Assembly (NCBI RefSeq): GCF_013812825.1
Contig: NZ_JACCSU010000068.1
Location: 77,845-141,844, forward strand
Origin: Sphingomonas sp.
GTDB taxonomy: Bacteria > Pseudomonadota > Alphaproteobacteria > Sphingomonadales > Sphingomonadaceae
Direction: 5' to 3'
DNA: 64,000 nucleotides
Under the pieces are notes generated by a model, which did no database searches, had not been told where the DNA came from, and saw only the letters and a program-made list of their open reading frames with translations. Every line of letters begins with the position of its first letter. Within the stretch, counting starts at the first letter, position 1. Shown here in pieces: positions 32,044 to 42,262 of the stretch. Both the position numbers and the translations under genes were made by a program.

Positions 32044-32708
32044 GCCCACTGCCCCCGATAGTCGTAGTTGCGCTCGGCCATTTTCTTGAGGCTGGTCGGA
32101 CCGCCGACCGGGCAGCTGGTCTGGCGCTCGATCTGCGGGCCCGGCCGGGGCGTTTCGCCGCGGGCGAGTGCGTCGAGGATCGCGGTCATGCTTTCCCCGG
32201 TCAGGTCCTCGTAATTGTCGTCGTTGATCTGGACCATCGGCGCATTGGCGCAGGCGCCGAGGCATTCGACCTCCGAGAGCGTGAACAGCTCGTCGTCGGT
32301 GGTCGCGCCCCTCCGGAGCCCACGCTGGTAGCAGGCGTCGAGCAAATCGTCGGACCCGCGCAACATGCACGGGGTCGTCCCGCACACCTGGACGTGGAAG
32401 CGGCCGACCGGGACAAGGTTGAACATGGTGTAGAAGGTCGCGACCTCGAGCACGCGGATGATCGGCATGCCGAGCTCGGCGGCGACGAACTCCATCACCG
32501 GGAGCGGCATCCAGCCCTGGGTATTGGTTTCGGCACCGACCTGCCGCTGGGCGAGATCGAGCAGCGGGATCACCGCCGACTGCTGCCGGCCTTCGGGATA
32601 GCGCGCGACGATTTCCGCCACCGCCTTGCGGTTGGCGTCGGTCCACGCAAAGCCGGACCAGCGCGCGCGCTGGTCGGCGTCGTCGAGGATGGAGGCTTGC
32701 CCGGCCAT
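32040..32708 (-). CDS. nuoE: NADH-quinone oxidoreductase subunit E
   Basis: EVATFYTMF, VCGTTPCMLRG and EVECLGACANAP 2Fe-2S motifs. Confidence 0.97.
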   Translation of the reverse strand: MAGQASILDDADQRARWSGFAWTDANRKAVAEIVARYPEGRQQSAVIPLLDLAQRQVGAETNTQGWMPLPVMEFVAAELGMPIIRVLEVATFYTMFNLVPVGRFHVQVCGTTPCMLRGSDDLLDACYQRGLRRGATTDDELFTLSEVECLGACANAPMVQINDDNYEDLTGESMTAILDALARGETPRPGPQIERQTSCPVGGPTSLKKMAERNYDYRGQWA

Positions 32709-33946
32709 TACCGGTCGACCTCCCCGAACACGACATCGATCGCGCTCAGCACCGCGGTGACGTCGGCGAGCATGTGGCCCTTCATCATGAAGTCCATCGC
32801 CTGCAGGTGCGAGAAGCCGGTCGGGCGGATCTTGCAGCGGTAGGGCCGGTTGGTGCCGTCGGCGACCAGATAGACCCCAAACTCGCCCTTCGGGCTCTCG
32901 GTGGCCACGTAAACCTCGCCGGCGGGCACGTGATAGCCTTCGGTGTAGAGCTTGAAGTGGTGGATCAGCGCCTCCATCGACGTCTTCATCTCGGCGCGCA
33001 TCGGCGGGAACACCTTGCGGTCGAGGCTGCCGATCGGCCCTTCCGGCATCTCGTTCAGGCATTGGCGCGCGATCCGCCACGATTGGCGCACTTCCTCGAC
33101 GCGGACCATGAAGCGGTCGTAGCAGTCGCCGTTGGTGCCGACGGGCACGTCGAACTCCATCCGGTCGTAGACTTCGTACGGCTGCGACTTGCGGATGTCC
33201 CAGGGAACGCCCGACGCCCGGATCATCGGCCCGGAGAAGCCCCAGGCGATCGCGTCCTCCTTGCTCACCTTGCCGATGTCGACGTTGCGCTGCTTGAAGA
33301 TGCGGTTGTCGGCAACCAGGCTGATCGCGTCCTCGAACAGGCGCGTGCGTTTGTCGAGGAACTCGCCGATCTGGTCGAACACCTTCGGCGGGATGTCGCC
33401 GTGGACTCCGCCGGCGCGGAAGTAATTGGCGTGCATCCGGGCGCCCGACACCGCCTCGTAGAGCTGCATCAGATCCTCGCGGATCTCGAACAGCCACAGG
33501 TTCGGAGTCATCGCGCCGACATCCATGATGTGGGTGCCAAGGTTGAGCATGTGGTTCTTGATTCGGGTCAGCTCCGCCATCAGCGTGCGGATGTATTGGG
33601 CGCGGAGCGGCACCTCGAGCCCCATCAGCTTCTCGATGGCGAGCACGAACCCATGCTCCATGCACATCGGCGAGGAGTAATCGAGCCGGTCGAAATAGGG
33701 CAGCGCCTGGGCGTAAGTCTTGTACTCGATCAGCTTCTCGGTCCCGCGGTGAAGCAGCCCGATGTGCGGATCGACGCGCTCGACGATCTCGCCGTCGAGC
33801 TCGAGGATCAGCCGAAGCACGCCATGCGCGGCCGGGTGCTGGGGGCCGAAATTGATGGTGTAGTTGTTGAGCGTCTCATCGCCGGCGGTCACGTCGCCGG
33901 CTTCGGGGACCCCAACGCTGACGTCGAGAGTGCGGGTTGCGGTCAT
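32708..33946 (-). CDS. nuoD: NADH-quinone oxidoreductase subunit D
   Basis: [25 protein letters not shown] and [10 protein letters not shown] motifs. Confidence 0.98.
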   Translation of the reverse strand: MTATRTLDVSVGVPEAGDVTAGDETLNNYTINFGPQHPAAHGVLRLILELDGEIVERVDPHIGLLHRGTEKLIEYKTYAQALPYFDRLDYSSPMCMEHGFVLAIEKLMGLEVPLRAQYIRTLMAELTRIKNHMLNLGTHIMDVGAMTPNLWLFEIREDLMQLYEAVSGARMHANYFRAGGVHGDIPPKVFDQIGEFLDKRTRLFEDAISLVADNRIFKQRNVDIGKVSKEDAIAWGFSGPMIRASGVPWDIRKSQPYEVYDRMEFDVPVGTNGDCYDRFMVRVEEVRQSWRIARQCLNEMPEGPIGSLDRKVFPPMRAEMKTSMEALIHHFKLYTEGYHVPAGEVYVATESPKGEFGVYLVADGTNRPYRCKIRPTGFSHLQAMDFMMKGHMLADVTAVLSAIDVVFGEVDR

Positions 33947-34821
33947 CCGGGGCCTCCGCCCGGCCGGCGGCGGCCCGGCGTTTTCGGCTTCGGAGACGAC
34001 ACATCGGCCTTGCTGACCTGATGCTTCGCCTTGGCCTGGTTCGACTTGCGCGCCTCCCTCTTCGCCTGCGCGTCGGCGGGCGCGCCGCCGCCGGTCTGCG
34101 CCGGCGTCTCGGTGGTCTTGGGAGTCTCGGCGGGAGTCTTGGGGTTGACCTTCGAGTGGCCGGACGGGGGCGGCGCGGGGGACGGCGCTCCCGGCTCCTG
34201 CGGCTTGGCTTTCTCGTCGCCGGGAAGCTGGTACTCGGCGCCTTCCCACGGCATCAGGAAGTCGAACGTGCGGAAATCCTGGGGAAGGGAAACCGGTTCG
34301 TAAACGACGCGCTTCTCGGCTTCGGAGTAACGCATCTCGACATAGCCGGTCAGCGGGAAGTCCTTGCGCTGCGGATGACCTTCGAAGCCGTAGTCGGTCA
34401 GGATCCGCCGCAGGTCGGAATTGCCGGCGAACGCGACCCCGTACATGTCGAAGACCTCCCGCTCGAACCAGCCGGCGACCGGCCACAGCGAGGTGACGCT
34501 CGGGACCGCAGTCGCTTCGTCCGTCGAGAGCTTCACTCGGATTCGGCGGTTCCGGGTCAGCGACAGAAGGTGGTAGACGACCTCGAACCGCTCGGGACGA
34601 TCCGGATAATCGACGCCCGCAATGTCCATCAGTTGCTGGTACTCGAGACCCGGCGTGTCGCGCAGCGACTGAAGCACGGTCGCGATTGCCTCCCGCCGAA
34701 CGACCAAGGTGATCTCGCCGACCTCGTGGCGCGCGTCGACCAGAGCGTCGCCGAGCGCCGCCTTGGCCGCTTCGATCACGCCCTCGTCGGACGCGCTCTG
34801 GGGGACGTGGGCCGCCAACAT
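33943..34821 (-). CDS. nuoC: NADH-quinone oxidoreductase subunit C with a low-complexity C-terminal tail
   Basis: [12 protein letters not shown] and [23 protein letters not shown] motifs. Confidence 0.96.
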   Translation of the reverse strand: MLAAHVPQSASDEGVIEAAKAALGDALVDARHEVGEITLVVRREAIATVLQSLRDTPGLEYQQLMDIAGVDYPDRPERFEVVYHLLSLTRNRRIRVKLSTDEATAVPSVTSLWPVAGWFEREVFDMYGVAFAGNSDLRRILTDYGFEGHPQRKDFPLTGYVEMRYSEAEKRVVYEPVSLPQDFRTFDFLMPWEGAEYQLPGDEKAKPQEPGAPSPAPPPSGHSKVNPKTPAETPKTTETPAQTGGGAPADAQAKREARKSNQAKAKHQVSKADVSSPKPKTPGRRRPGGGPG

Positions 34822-34836
34822 GTTACCGCGAGCCGC

Positions 34837-35418
34837 TCACCGTTCGATGGTCCCTTCGCGGCGGATCTTCCGCTGCAGCTGGAGGATTCCGTAGAGCAAC
34901 GCCTCCGCGGTCGGGGGGCAGCCGGGCACGTAGATGTCGACCGGGACGATGCGGTCGCAGCCGCGCACCACCGAGTAGCTGTAATGGTAGTAGCCGCCGC
35001 CGTTGGCGCAGCTGCCCATCGAGATCACGTAGCGCGGCTCGGACATCTGGTCGTAGACCCGGCGCAGCGCCGGGGCCATCTTGTTGCACAGAGTGCCGGC
35101 GACGATCATCACGTCCGACTGGCGGGGGCTCGCCCGGGGCGCGACCCCGAACCGCTCGAGGTCGTAGCGCGGCATGTTGACGTGGATCATCTCGACCGCG
35201 CAGCAGGCCAGGCCGAAGGTCATCCACCACAAGGAGCCGGTGCGCGCCCAGGTGAACAAATCCTCGGTCGTGGTGACCATGAACCCCTTTTCGTTGAGGT
35301 TGCGGCGGAGAATTTCGAGCTGCTCGCGGTCGACTTCGCCCGGAACCAGCCCGGCGAGGCGCGCGAGCTCCTCCTCGGTCGGCATCGGGTCGTGCCGCGG
35401 ATCGAGGGTCACTCCCAT
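34837..35418 (-). CDS. nuoB: NADH-quinone oxidoreductase subunit B
   Basis: [20 protein letters not shown] and [12 protein letters not shown] motifs. Confidence 0.98.
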   Translation of the reverse strand: MGVTLDPRHDPMPTEEELARLAGLVPGEVDREQLEILRRNLNEKGFMVTTTEDLFTWARTGSLWWMTFGLACCAVEMIHVNMPRYDLERFGVAPRASPRQSDVMIVAGTLCNKMAPALRRVYDQMSEPRYVISMGSCANGGGYYHYSYSVVRGCDRIVPVDIYVPGCPPTAEALLYGILQLQRKIRREGTIER

Positions 35419-35786
35419 TCGAGCGCCCCTTTCTTCCACGCGTAGGCGAGACCGAGCGCGAGCTCGCCAAGGAAGATCATCATCGCGATCCAGCTCGCCA
35501 TTCCGGTGCCGGCCAGCGACACCGCCCACGGAAACAGGAAGGCCGCCTCGAGGTCGAAGATGATGAACAGGATCGCGACCAGGTAGAAGCGGACGTCGAA
35601 CCGCATCCGGCTGTCCTCGAAGGCCGGGAAGCCGCACTCATATTCGCTCAATTTCTCGGGGTTGGGCTGGTGCGCGCCGGTCACCCGCGAGACCAGCATC
35701 GGCAGCACGACGAACCCGATCGACAACGCCAAAGCGACGCCGAGGAACAGCAGGATCGGCAGATATCCGGCGGCGACGCTGGCCAA
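35409..35786 (-). CDS. nuoA: NADH-quinone oxidoreductase subunit A
   Basis: [10 protein letters not shown] and [18 protein letters not shown] motifs; TTG start at 35786 with a GGAG RBS. Confidence 0.96.
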   Translation of the reverse strand: MASVAAGYLPILLFLGVALALSIGFVVLPMLVSRVTGAHQPNPEKLSEYECGFPAFEDSRMRFDVRFYLVAILFIIFDLEAAFLFPWAVSLAGTGMASWIAMMIFLGELALGLAYAWKKGALEWE

Positions 35787-35873
35787 GGGGAACTCCACTA
35801 CGCGAGGCTCGTGGCGCTTTAGGACACGGCGCGGACACGGGCAACACTGGCGGAAGCGCAAATCAGAGGGAAA

Positions 35874-36692
35874 TCAGATCGCCCGAAGCGCTCCGGACAG
35901 CAATTTGTGGAGCCGCGAGTGGATGTCGCTATTGCCGGCGAGATACTGGCGTCGCTCGAACATCTGGTCGGATCCGCGGTAATCGGTGACGAACCCGCCC
36001 GCCTCGCGGATCAGCAGGACCCCGGCGGCGGTGTCCCAGATATCGAGATCGTCCTCCCAGAAGCCGTCCATCCGCGCCGCCGCCACCCAGGCGAGATCGA
36101 GCGCGGCGGAGCCGAAGCGACGAACCCCCGACACGTGCGGTGCGATCGCCGAGTAGATCCGGCCCCACGCCCCGACCTCGCCGCGTCCGCAATGCGGGAT
36201 TCCGGTGCCGATCAGGGTCTCGCTGAGGTCGCGGCGGGCGGAGACCCGAAGCCGGCGATCGTTGAGCCAGGCGCCGCGGCCCTTCTCGGCCCAGAAACTC
36301 TCGTCCGTAAGCGGCTGGTAGACGAGGCCCTGGGTGATTTCGGGGCGCGCTCCCGGCCGCCGCTCCTCGACCGCGATGCTGATCGCGAAATGCGGCACTC
36401 CATGGAGGAAGTTGGTGGTGCCATCGAGCGGATCCACAATCCAGCGCGGCTTGTCCGGATTGCCCTCGATCTCGCCCCCCTCCTCGAGCAGCATGCCCCA
36501 GTCGGGGCGTGCAGAACGCAGCTCCTCGACGATGGTCTGCTCGGCCCGCTTGTCGGCCATCGAGACGAAGTCCGCGGGCCCCTTGCGGCTGACCTGCAGC
36601 TGCTCGACCTCGCCGAAGTCGCGGCGCAGTCGAGGCGCCGCCTTGCGGGCCGCTCGCTGCATGACGGTGACGAGGCCGGAATGGGAGACCAT
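35874..36692 (-). CDS. suhB: Inositol monophosphatase family protein (SuhB)
   Basis: WIVDPLDGTTNFLHG, RRFGSAALDLAWVAA and WDTAAG motifs. Confidence 0.92.
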   Translation of the reverse strand: MVSHSGLVTVMQRAARKAAPRLRRDFGEVEQLQVSRKGPADFVSMADKRAEQTIVEELRSARPDWGMLLEEGGEIEGNPDKPRWIVDPLDGTTNFLHGVPHFAISIAVEERRPGARPEITQGLVYQPLTDESFWAEKGRGAWLNDRRLRVSARRDLSETLIGTGIPHCGRGEVGAWGRIYSAIAPHVSGVRRFGSAALDLAWVAAARMDGFWEDDLDIWDTAAGVLLIREAGGFVTDYRGSDQMFERRQYLAGNSDIHSRLHKLLSGALRAI

Positions 36693-36695
36693 CGG

Positions 36696-37259
36696 TCAGT
36701 CGGCGCGGCGGACGTAGGTTTTCTCGTAGACGTCGACGACGATCCTGGTGCCCGCCGAGATGTGCGGTGGCACCATCACCCGAACGCCATTGTCGAGCAT
36801 CGCCGGCTTGTAGCTCGACGAGGCGGTCTGGCCTTTCACCACCGCATCGGCCTCGACGATCGTCGCCTCGATCTGGTCGGGAAGCTGAACCGAGATCGGC
36901 CGCTCGTTGTAAAGCTCCATGACCACGTCCATGCCGTCCTGGAGGAACGCCGCGGGCTCGCCGATCAGGTCCTCGGGCAGCGACACCTGCTCATAATTCT
37001 CCTTGTCCATGAACACGAGCATGTCGCCGTCGTGGTAGAGGAACTGGAAGTCCTTGGTGTCGAGACGCACTCGCTCGACCGTTTCGGCCGAGCGGAAGCG
37101 GACGTTGTTCTTGCGGCCGTCGATGAGGTTCTTGAGCTCGACCTGCATGTAGGCGCCGCCCTTGCCCGGCTGGGTGTGCTGGATCTTCACCGCGCGCCAG
37201 ATGCCGCCTTCATATTCGATGATGTTGCCGGGACGGATGTCCACGCCGCTGATCTTCAT
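36696..37259 (-). CDS. efp: Elongation factor P
   Basis: HTQPGKGGA loop, [12 protein letters not shown] and VPPHI motifs. Confidence 0.97.
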   Translation of the reverse strand: MKISGVDIRPGNIIEYEGGIWRAVKIQHTQPGKGGAYMQVELKNLIDGRKNNVRFRSAETVERVRLDTKDFQFLYHDGDMLVFMDKENYEQVSLPEDLIGEPAAFLQDGMDVVMELYNERPISVQLPDQIEATIVEADAVVKGQTASSSYKPAMLDNGVRVMVPPHISAGTRIVVDVYEKTYVRRAD

Positions 37260-37290
37260 GTGCGAACCTTTGAAAGAACCGTTCGGGCTG

Positions 37291-37935
37291 CTAGCCGCTC
37301 GCCTTCTTACCGGCAAGCAGCGGGAACGGGTTGATGGCGCTGCCCTGGTACCATTTCTCACCCGGCTGCATCCGGTGAATTGCAAAATGCAGGTGGGGAC
37401 CGCCCGGGTTGGCGTTGCCGGTGTGGCCGACGCCGCCGATCAGCTGTCCGCGCCGGACTTGCTGCCCCTCGGCGAGACCGGGCGCGTAACCCTGCAAATG
37501 CGCGTAATAATAGATCCAGCGCCGGTCGGGGGAGCGGATGTAGGCGGTGATCCCGCCGCCGCCCTGCGAGAAGAAGAGTTTCTCGACCGTGCCACTAGCC
37601 GAGGCGACCACCGGCGTTCCTTCCGGCGCCATGATGTCGATCGCATCGTGTAGCCGGGCGCCGCCGGCGCGGGCCTGGGTGTAGGTGTCGCTGAGCTGGG
37701 CGGACTTGATCCCGGCGACCGGGAGGGCGAGGCCGGCCGGCCCGACGGTGACCCCTTCCGCAATGGTCACCGGCGGCTGTGCGTTGGGATCGATCGTGAC
37801 CTTCTGGCCAGACGCGGTGACCTTGCCGTCCGAAGCGCCCGGAGCAACCGCAATATTGTAGGCGAAAATCCAGAATGCGCTGACCAGGATCGCGGTGACG
37901 ACGGCGGTCGAGGCGATCGTGAACTTGCGCCCCAT
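37291..37935 (-). CDS. M23 family metallopeptidase
   Basis: HDAID, YAHL and PHLHF motifs; N-terminal TM helix. Confidence 0.93.
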   Translation of the reverse strand: MGRKFTIASTAVVTAILVSAFWIFAYNIAVAPGASDGKVTASGQKVTIDPNAQPPVTIAEGVTVGPAGLALPVAGIKSAQLSDTYTQARAGGARLHDAIDIMAPEGTPVVASASGTVEKLFFSQGGGGITAYIRSPDRRWIYYYAHLQGYAPGLAEGQQVRRGQLIGGVGHTGNANPGGPHLHFAIHRMQPGEKWYQGSAINPFPLLAGKKASG

Positions 37936-37939
37936 TCAG

Positions 37940-39064
37940 CTACGCCTGGAAAATCGCCGTGAAGCCCGGCTTCATCATCCGGGCCAGCCGGAGCACGTCC
38001 CAGTTGGTCATCCGGATGCAGCCGCTCGATTCGGCCCGGCCGATGGTCTGCGGCTCGTCGGTTCCGTGAATGCCGTAATGCTCCTTGGTGAGGTCGAGCC
38101 AAGCTACTCCGACGGGCCCGTTCGGACCAGGCGGAAGCCTGAGTTCCTTGTCCGTTTTGGGATTGTTGAGCAATTCGGGCTGGTATTTGAACGGCGGCAG
38201 GAACGCGTAGGTGGTCGCCTTCCAGCGGCCGATCGGCAGCGGGTATTGCTTCGAACCCATGGTCACCGGGAACGCGGCGACGAGCTGGCCGGCGGCTCGG
38301 GCGGCGTCGCCTGACTCGCCTTCGCTTGGCGACTCACCAGGCGGTGTCCCGCGGTAGACCTTGAGCACGCCTTCGCTCTTGTCGACGACGACATAGTCGC
38401 CCTGCTGCTGCTGGCCATCGACGTTGAGCGCCGCCAGGACGTTCGCTCCGTTGCCCGGCACACCCGAATAATCGCGCGAAGTCGGCACGATGTTGGGCAA
38501 GCGCAACACCTGACCGTTGCCGATCAGCTTGTCCGGCCCATTCAGGGCGACGATCGTGTCGGGAGTCGTGTGATAGCGCTCCGCGACCTTCTCGAGCATG
38601 TTGCGATAGCCGAGGAACTGCAGCTCCGCCTGCTTCTCGGGGTCGTCCGGGAACGGGTGGACATATTGGCCGCCAACGTCGTCCGGGCCGAGGCGGGCCA
38701 TGACCGTCGAGGGCCGGTTGGCCTGCAGCAGCGCCCGGCGCGTCTCGTTGTCGAGCTTGCCGGTGGCTTCGAGCCCGCGCGCGCGCTGGAAGCTGCGCAG
38801 CGCCAGCTTGAACGATTCGCCCTCCTTGCCGTCGATCACTCCCGGCGAGAAGCCGTGCGCCGACATCAGCACCTGCGCGTGGAAGAACTCGCCCTCGATC
38901 GGTGAGCCCGGGGTGCCCGGAGCGGCCCACGCCTTCTCGCCGCGACCGGCGGCGGTGTTCGAAGCCGGCTGCTGGGCGGGTTGCTGGGAAGCCTGGGCCA
39001 TGGCGACGGCGGCGGTAGCCGTGCCGAGCAGACCGAGGGTGAGACGGGACGACCTGGAAAACAC
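37940..39064 (-). CDS. L,D-transpeptidase (YkuD family) with peptidoglycan-binding domain
   Basis: Signal peptide, PG-binding motif (GVIDG...LRSFQRARGLEATGKLD) and YGIHGT...SSGCIRM; GTG start with an AGGAG RBS. Confidence 0.9.
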   Translation of the reverse strand: MFSRSSRLTLGLLGTATAAVAMAQASQQPAQQPASNTAAGRGEKAWAAPGTPGSPIEGEFFHAQVLMSAHGFSPGVIDGKEGESFKLALRSFQRARGLEATGKLDNETRRALLQANRPSTVMARLGPDDVGGQYVHPFPDDPEKQAELQFLGYRNMLEKVAERYHTTPDTIVALNGPDKLIGNGQVLRLPNIVPTSRDYSGVPGNGANVLAALNVDGQQQQGDYVVVDKSEGVLKVYRGTPPGESPSEGESGDAARAAGQLVAAFPVTMGSKQYPLPIGRWKATTYAFLPPFKYQPELLNNPKTDKELRLPPGPNGPVGVAWLDLTKEHYGIHGTDEPQTIGRAESSGCIRMTNWDVLRLARMMKPGFTAIFQA

Positions 39065-39102
39065 GCAACTCTCCTGACGCAAGGGTGGTTATGAACTGAA
39101 CG

Positions 39103-39909
39103 ATGGAGCCCGGACTAGTTTCCATGTCGGCCGCCTCGAGCCGAGTTCATGTCGGCTGCTCGGGCTGGGTCTACCGCCACTGGAAAGGCGGCTTCTACCC
39201 GGCCGAGCTGTCGCAGAAGCGCTGGTTCGAGCATTATGCGAGAGACTTCGACACGGTCGAGATCAACGCCAGCTTCTACCGGCTGCCGCTGCCATCCACC
39301 TTCGACGGCTGGCGCGAGAAGGCGCCGCCGGGATTCCGCTACGCGGTCAAGGCCAATCGCTTCCTCACCCACATGAAGAAGCTGGTCGATTGCGAGGCTC
39401 CGCTGGCCGAGTTCATCGACCTTGCGCACCGGCTCGGCCCGACCTTGGGCCCGATCCTCTACCAGCTGCCGCCAAGCCTGCACAAAGACCTGGGGCGGCT
39501 GGAGGCGTTCCTGAAACGGCTGCCCGGCGACCTCGAGCATGTCGTCGAGTTCCGCCACAAGAGCTGGTACGACGAAGACGCCCTGGCGCTTCTCGATGCC
39601 CACGGCGCCGGCTTCGTCACCCACGACCTTGTCGGGCTGAAATCGCCGCGCTGGGCGAGCGGCCGAACCGCCTATGTCCGATTCCATGGCACCGGCGGCA
39701 AATATCGCGGCCGCTACAGTGTCGAGGCGATGGCCGAGTGGACGGATTGGCTGGTCGAGCAGCGCGCCGCCGGCCGCTCGGCCTGGGCTTATTTCAACAA
39801 CGATATCGGCGGCGACGCGATCGAGGACGCGCGGACTCTAAAGCGGCTGATCGGCGAGCGTGGCGGCGGACAGTTCCTCGAAGCGGCGGACCGGCACGCC
39901 CGGGTCTGA
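39103..39909 (+). CDS. DUF72 family protein
   Basis: VGCSGWVY, FDTVEINASFYR, LGPILYQLPP and AYVRFHG motifs. Confidence 0.92.
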   Translation: MEPGLVSMSAASSRVHVGCSGWVYRHWKGGFYPAELSQKRWFEHYARDFDTVEINASFYRLPLPSTFDGWREKAPPGFRYAVKANRFLTHMKKLVDCEAPLAEFIDLAHRLGPTLGPILYQLPPSLHKDLGRLEAFLKRLPGDLEHVVEFRHKSWYDEDALALLDAHGAGFVTHDLVGLKSPRWASGRTAYVRFHGTGGKYRGRYSVEAMAEWTDWLVEQRAAGRSAWAYFNNDIGGDAIEDARTLKRLIGERGGGQFLEAADRHARV

Positions 39910-40524
39910 GGCGCCCCACACCGCCTGGCACACGGCGACGAAATCCGCTCCGGCGTCGATCAGCGGACGGGCGTTGTCGGGCGTGATCCCGCCGATCGCG
40001 ACGCACGGGATCTCGAACAAGGCCGACCACCAGCTGAGGATCGACGGGTGCGGGCGGTAGTTCGAGGGCTTGGTCGTGGTCGGGTAGAAAGCTCCGAACG
40101 CGACATAGTCGGCGCCCGCCTCGCCCGCCTCCATCGCCAGGTGGCGGCTGTCGTGGCAGGTGCGGCCGATCTGCGCCGCCGGGCCGAGCAACGCACGCGC
40201 CTCGCGAACGTCGCCGTCCGACTGGCCGAGGTGGACCCCGTCGGCGCCGATCCGCTTGGCGAGCTGCATGCTGTCGTTGACGATGAACGCGGTGCCGTGG
40301 TCGGCGCAGATGCGCTGCAGCGGCTCGGCCAGCAGCGCGAGATCGTGCTCGGACATGTCCTTGACGCGCAGCTGAAACGCCGCGACCTGACCGGCCCCAA
40401 GCGCTGCCTTGAGCCGGTCGGAAAAGCGGCCGCCGACGTCCTGGACGCTGATCAGATAGAGCTTGCACGGCTCGGTGCGCTCGGGCGGCGGCAGGATCGC
40501 GAAGTCTTCGGGCTCGTCGGTCAT
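39838..40524 (-). CDS. thiE: Thiamine-phosphate synthase
   Basis: FQLRVK, IVND, GADGVHLGQSD, ADYVAFG and VAIGGIT motifs. Confidence 0.93.
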   Translation of the reverse strand: MTDEPEDFAILPPPERTEPCKLYLISVQDVGGRFSDRLKAALGAGQVAAFQLRVKDMSEHDLALLAEPLQRICADHGTAFIVNDSMQLAKRIGADGVHLGQSDGDVREARALLGPAAQIGRTCHDSRHLAMEAGEAGADYVAFGAFYPTTTKPSNYRPHPSILSWWSALFEIPCVAIGGITPDNARPLIDAGADFVAVCQAVWGASDPGVPVRRFEELSAATLADQPL

Positions 40525-40558
40525 GGCGCGCTCCTAGCGAATGAACTAGGCTGATCCA

Positions 40559-40924
40559 ATGAATCGGACGCTATTCCTCGCGCTGCTGGCGCTCGCATCC
40601 TGCGCAACGGTGCCGAAGACGGAATTCGCCAACGGCCCGACGGCTGCACTGAATGAAGTCGCCAATCTCGACGGTCTCACCGTCCGGCCGCTGGCGGTCG
40701 TCGAGGACAGCCGTTGCCCGATCAATGCCAATTGCGTCTGGGCAGGGCGAGTTCGGATTCGCGCGGAAGTCGGCGGCAACGGCACCCAGGAGCTGACCCT
40801 GGGCGAGCCGCTCGCGGTGAGGAGCGGTACTCTCACCCTGGTCGACGTCCGGCCGAGCAAGCGCGCGGCGGAAGCCATCGCGCCGCGCGCGTACCAGTTC
40901 ACCTTCCGCTTTCAGCGACCTTAG
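40559..40924 (+). CDS. Hypothetical lipoprotein
   Basis: Lipobox LASC and a DSRCPINANCVWAG motif. Confidence 0.8.
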   Translation: MNRTLFLALLALASCATVPKTEFANGPTAALNEVANLDGLTVRPLAVVEDSRCPINANCVWAGRVRIRAEVGGNGTQELTLGEPLAVRSGTLTLVDVRPSKRAAEAIAPRAYQFTFRFQRP

Positions 40925-41820
40925 GCGGCGACCCTCGCGGTCGAGGCGCGGAAGATCTCGTCGATCGAATTGCCAAGCACGCGATCGAACTCGTCGTCGC
41001 TCATGTCGTGCCGCAGCCCCTCGAGCAAGGCGCGCGAGAAGCTGGCGACCATGCCCTCGTTCTTCGCCAGCTCGCGGCACGCCTCGTCGCGCGAATAACC
41101 GCCCGACAGGGCCACGACGCGGAGCACCCGCGGGTGGCGAAGCAGCGGCTCGTACAGGCCGGGCTCGGCCGGAATCGACAGCTTGAGCATCACCTGCCGC
41201 TGGCCTGGCAAAGCGCCGAGCGCCGCGGTCAGTTGCTCGAGCAGGAATCGGTCGGCCTTGTCGCGCTCGGGGCTCTTGATCGACACTTCGGGCTCGATGA
41301 CCGGCATCAGCCCCGCCTCGGCGATCTGGGCGGCGACATGGAACTGCTGGCGGACGATCGCGGCGATCCCGGCGGGGTTGGCGAGCTCGATCACCGAGCG
41401 CATCTTGGTACCGAACATTCCCTTCGACCGGGCGCGCTCGAGCAGCTCGCCGAGGCCGGGCATGGGCTTCATCAGCTTGACTCCGTCGGCTTCGTCCTCG
41501 AGCCCCTTGTCGACCTTCAGGAACGGCACCACGCCGCGCTCGCGAAGCACGTCGGGGACCGGTTTGCCGTCGGCCTCACCGTCCATCGTCCGCTCGAACA
41601 GAATCGCGCCGAGGACCTTGTCGCCGGTGAACGCCGGAGAGGTGATGATGCGCACGCGCATTTTGTGGATGAGGTCGAACATCCCCTCCTCGCCCGACCA
41701 TTCGTTGCCGGAATAGCCGTAGCCGGTGAGAGCCTTGGGGGTGGAGCCGCCGCTCTGGTCGAGCGCCGCGATGAAGCCGTCGGCATCGCGGATCTTGGTC
41801 AGCATTTCGCTGTGTTGCAT
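40921..41820 (-). CDS. fba: Class I fructose-bisphosphate aldolase
   Basis: FIAALDQSGGSTPKAL, PFLKVDKGL, GTKMRSVI and VALSGGY motifs. Confidence 0.95.
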   Translation of the reverse strand: MQHSEMLTKIRDADGFIAALDQSGGSTPKALTGYGYSGNEWSGEEGMFDLIHKMRVRIITSPAFTGDKVLGAILFERTMDGEADGKPVPDVLRERGVVPFLKVDKGLEDEADGVKLMKPMPGLGELLERARSKGMFGTKMRSVIELANPAGIAAIVRQQFHVAAQIAEAGLMPVIEPEVSIKSPERDKADRFLLEQLTAALGALPGQRQVMLKLSIPAEPGLYEPLLRHPRVLRVVALSGGYSRDEACRELAKNEGMVASFSRALLEGLRHDMSDDEFDRVLGNSIDEIFRASTARVAA

Positions 41821-41842
41821 CGGACTTCCTCTGTTGGTCGGT

Positions 41843-42262
41843 TCAGCGATCCGGGACCGGCGCCCACGGCGGCCCCTTCAATTCGAGATTATTGCCTTCC
41901 GGATCGGCGAGGTAGACCGACGGGCCGTCGCCGTCCGCTCCATAGCGACTAACGATCTCACCCTCGATTCCGTTCGCTTTTAGATGCGCGAGCACCGCAT
42001 CGCCGTCCCATGGCAGCACGCGAAAACAGATGTGGTCGACGTTGCGTCCCTCGGCACCGGGCGCCGCGCCGCCCGTCCGGCCGAGCTTGCCGTCGACCGG
42101 CACCAGGTCGAGCAGCGCCGACCCGATGCGCAGCTGGTACAGCCCGATCGCCTCCTGCTTTTTCTCCCAGCGAGCGCCGAGCACGTCGATGTAGAAGCGG
42201 GCGACGGTCTCCAGATCTGCCACTCGCAGAACGACATGATCGATTGCCTGGATGTTGATCAT
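41843..42262 (-). CDS. VOC family protein
   Basis: IDHVVLRV...FYIDVLG, NVDHICF and [13 protein letters not shown] motifs; ATGA overlap with pgk. Confidence 0.88.
   Translation of the reverse strand: MINIQAIDHVVLRVADLETVARFYIDVLGARWEKKQEAIGLYQLRIGSALLDLVPVDGKLGRTGGAAPGAEGRNVDHICFRVLPWDGDAVLAHLKANGIEGEIVSRYGADGDGPSVYLADPEGNNLELKGPPWAPVPDR

Noticed and set aside
39838-39909. 72-bp convergent overlap of the DUF72 gene and thiE
   Set aside because: Both overlapping tails are non-conserved C-terminal run-ons, common in GC-rich genomes.
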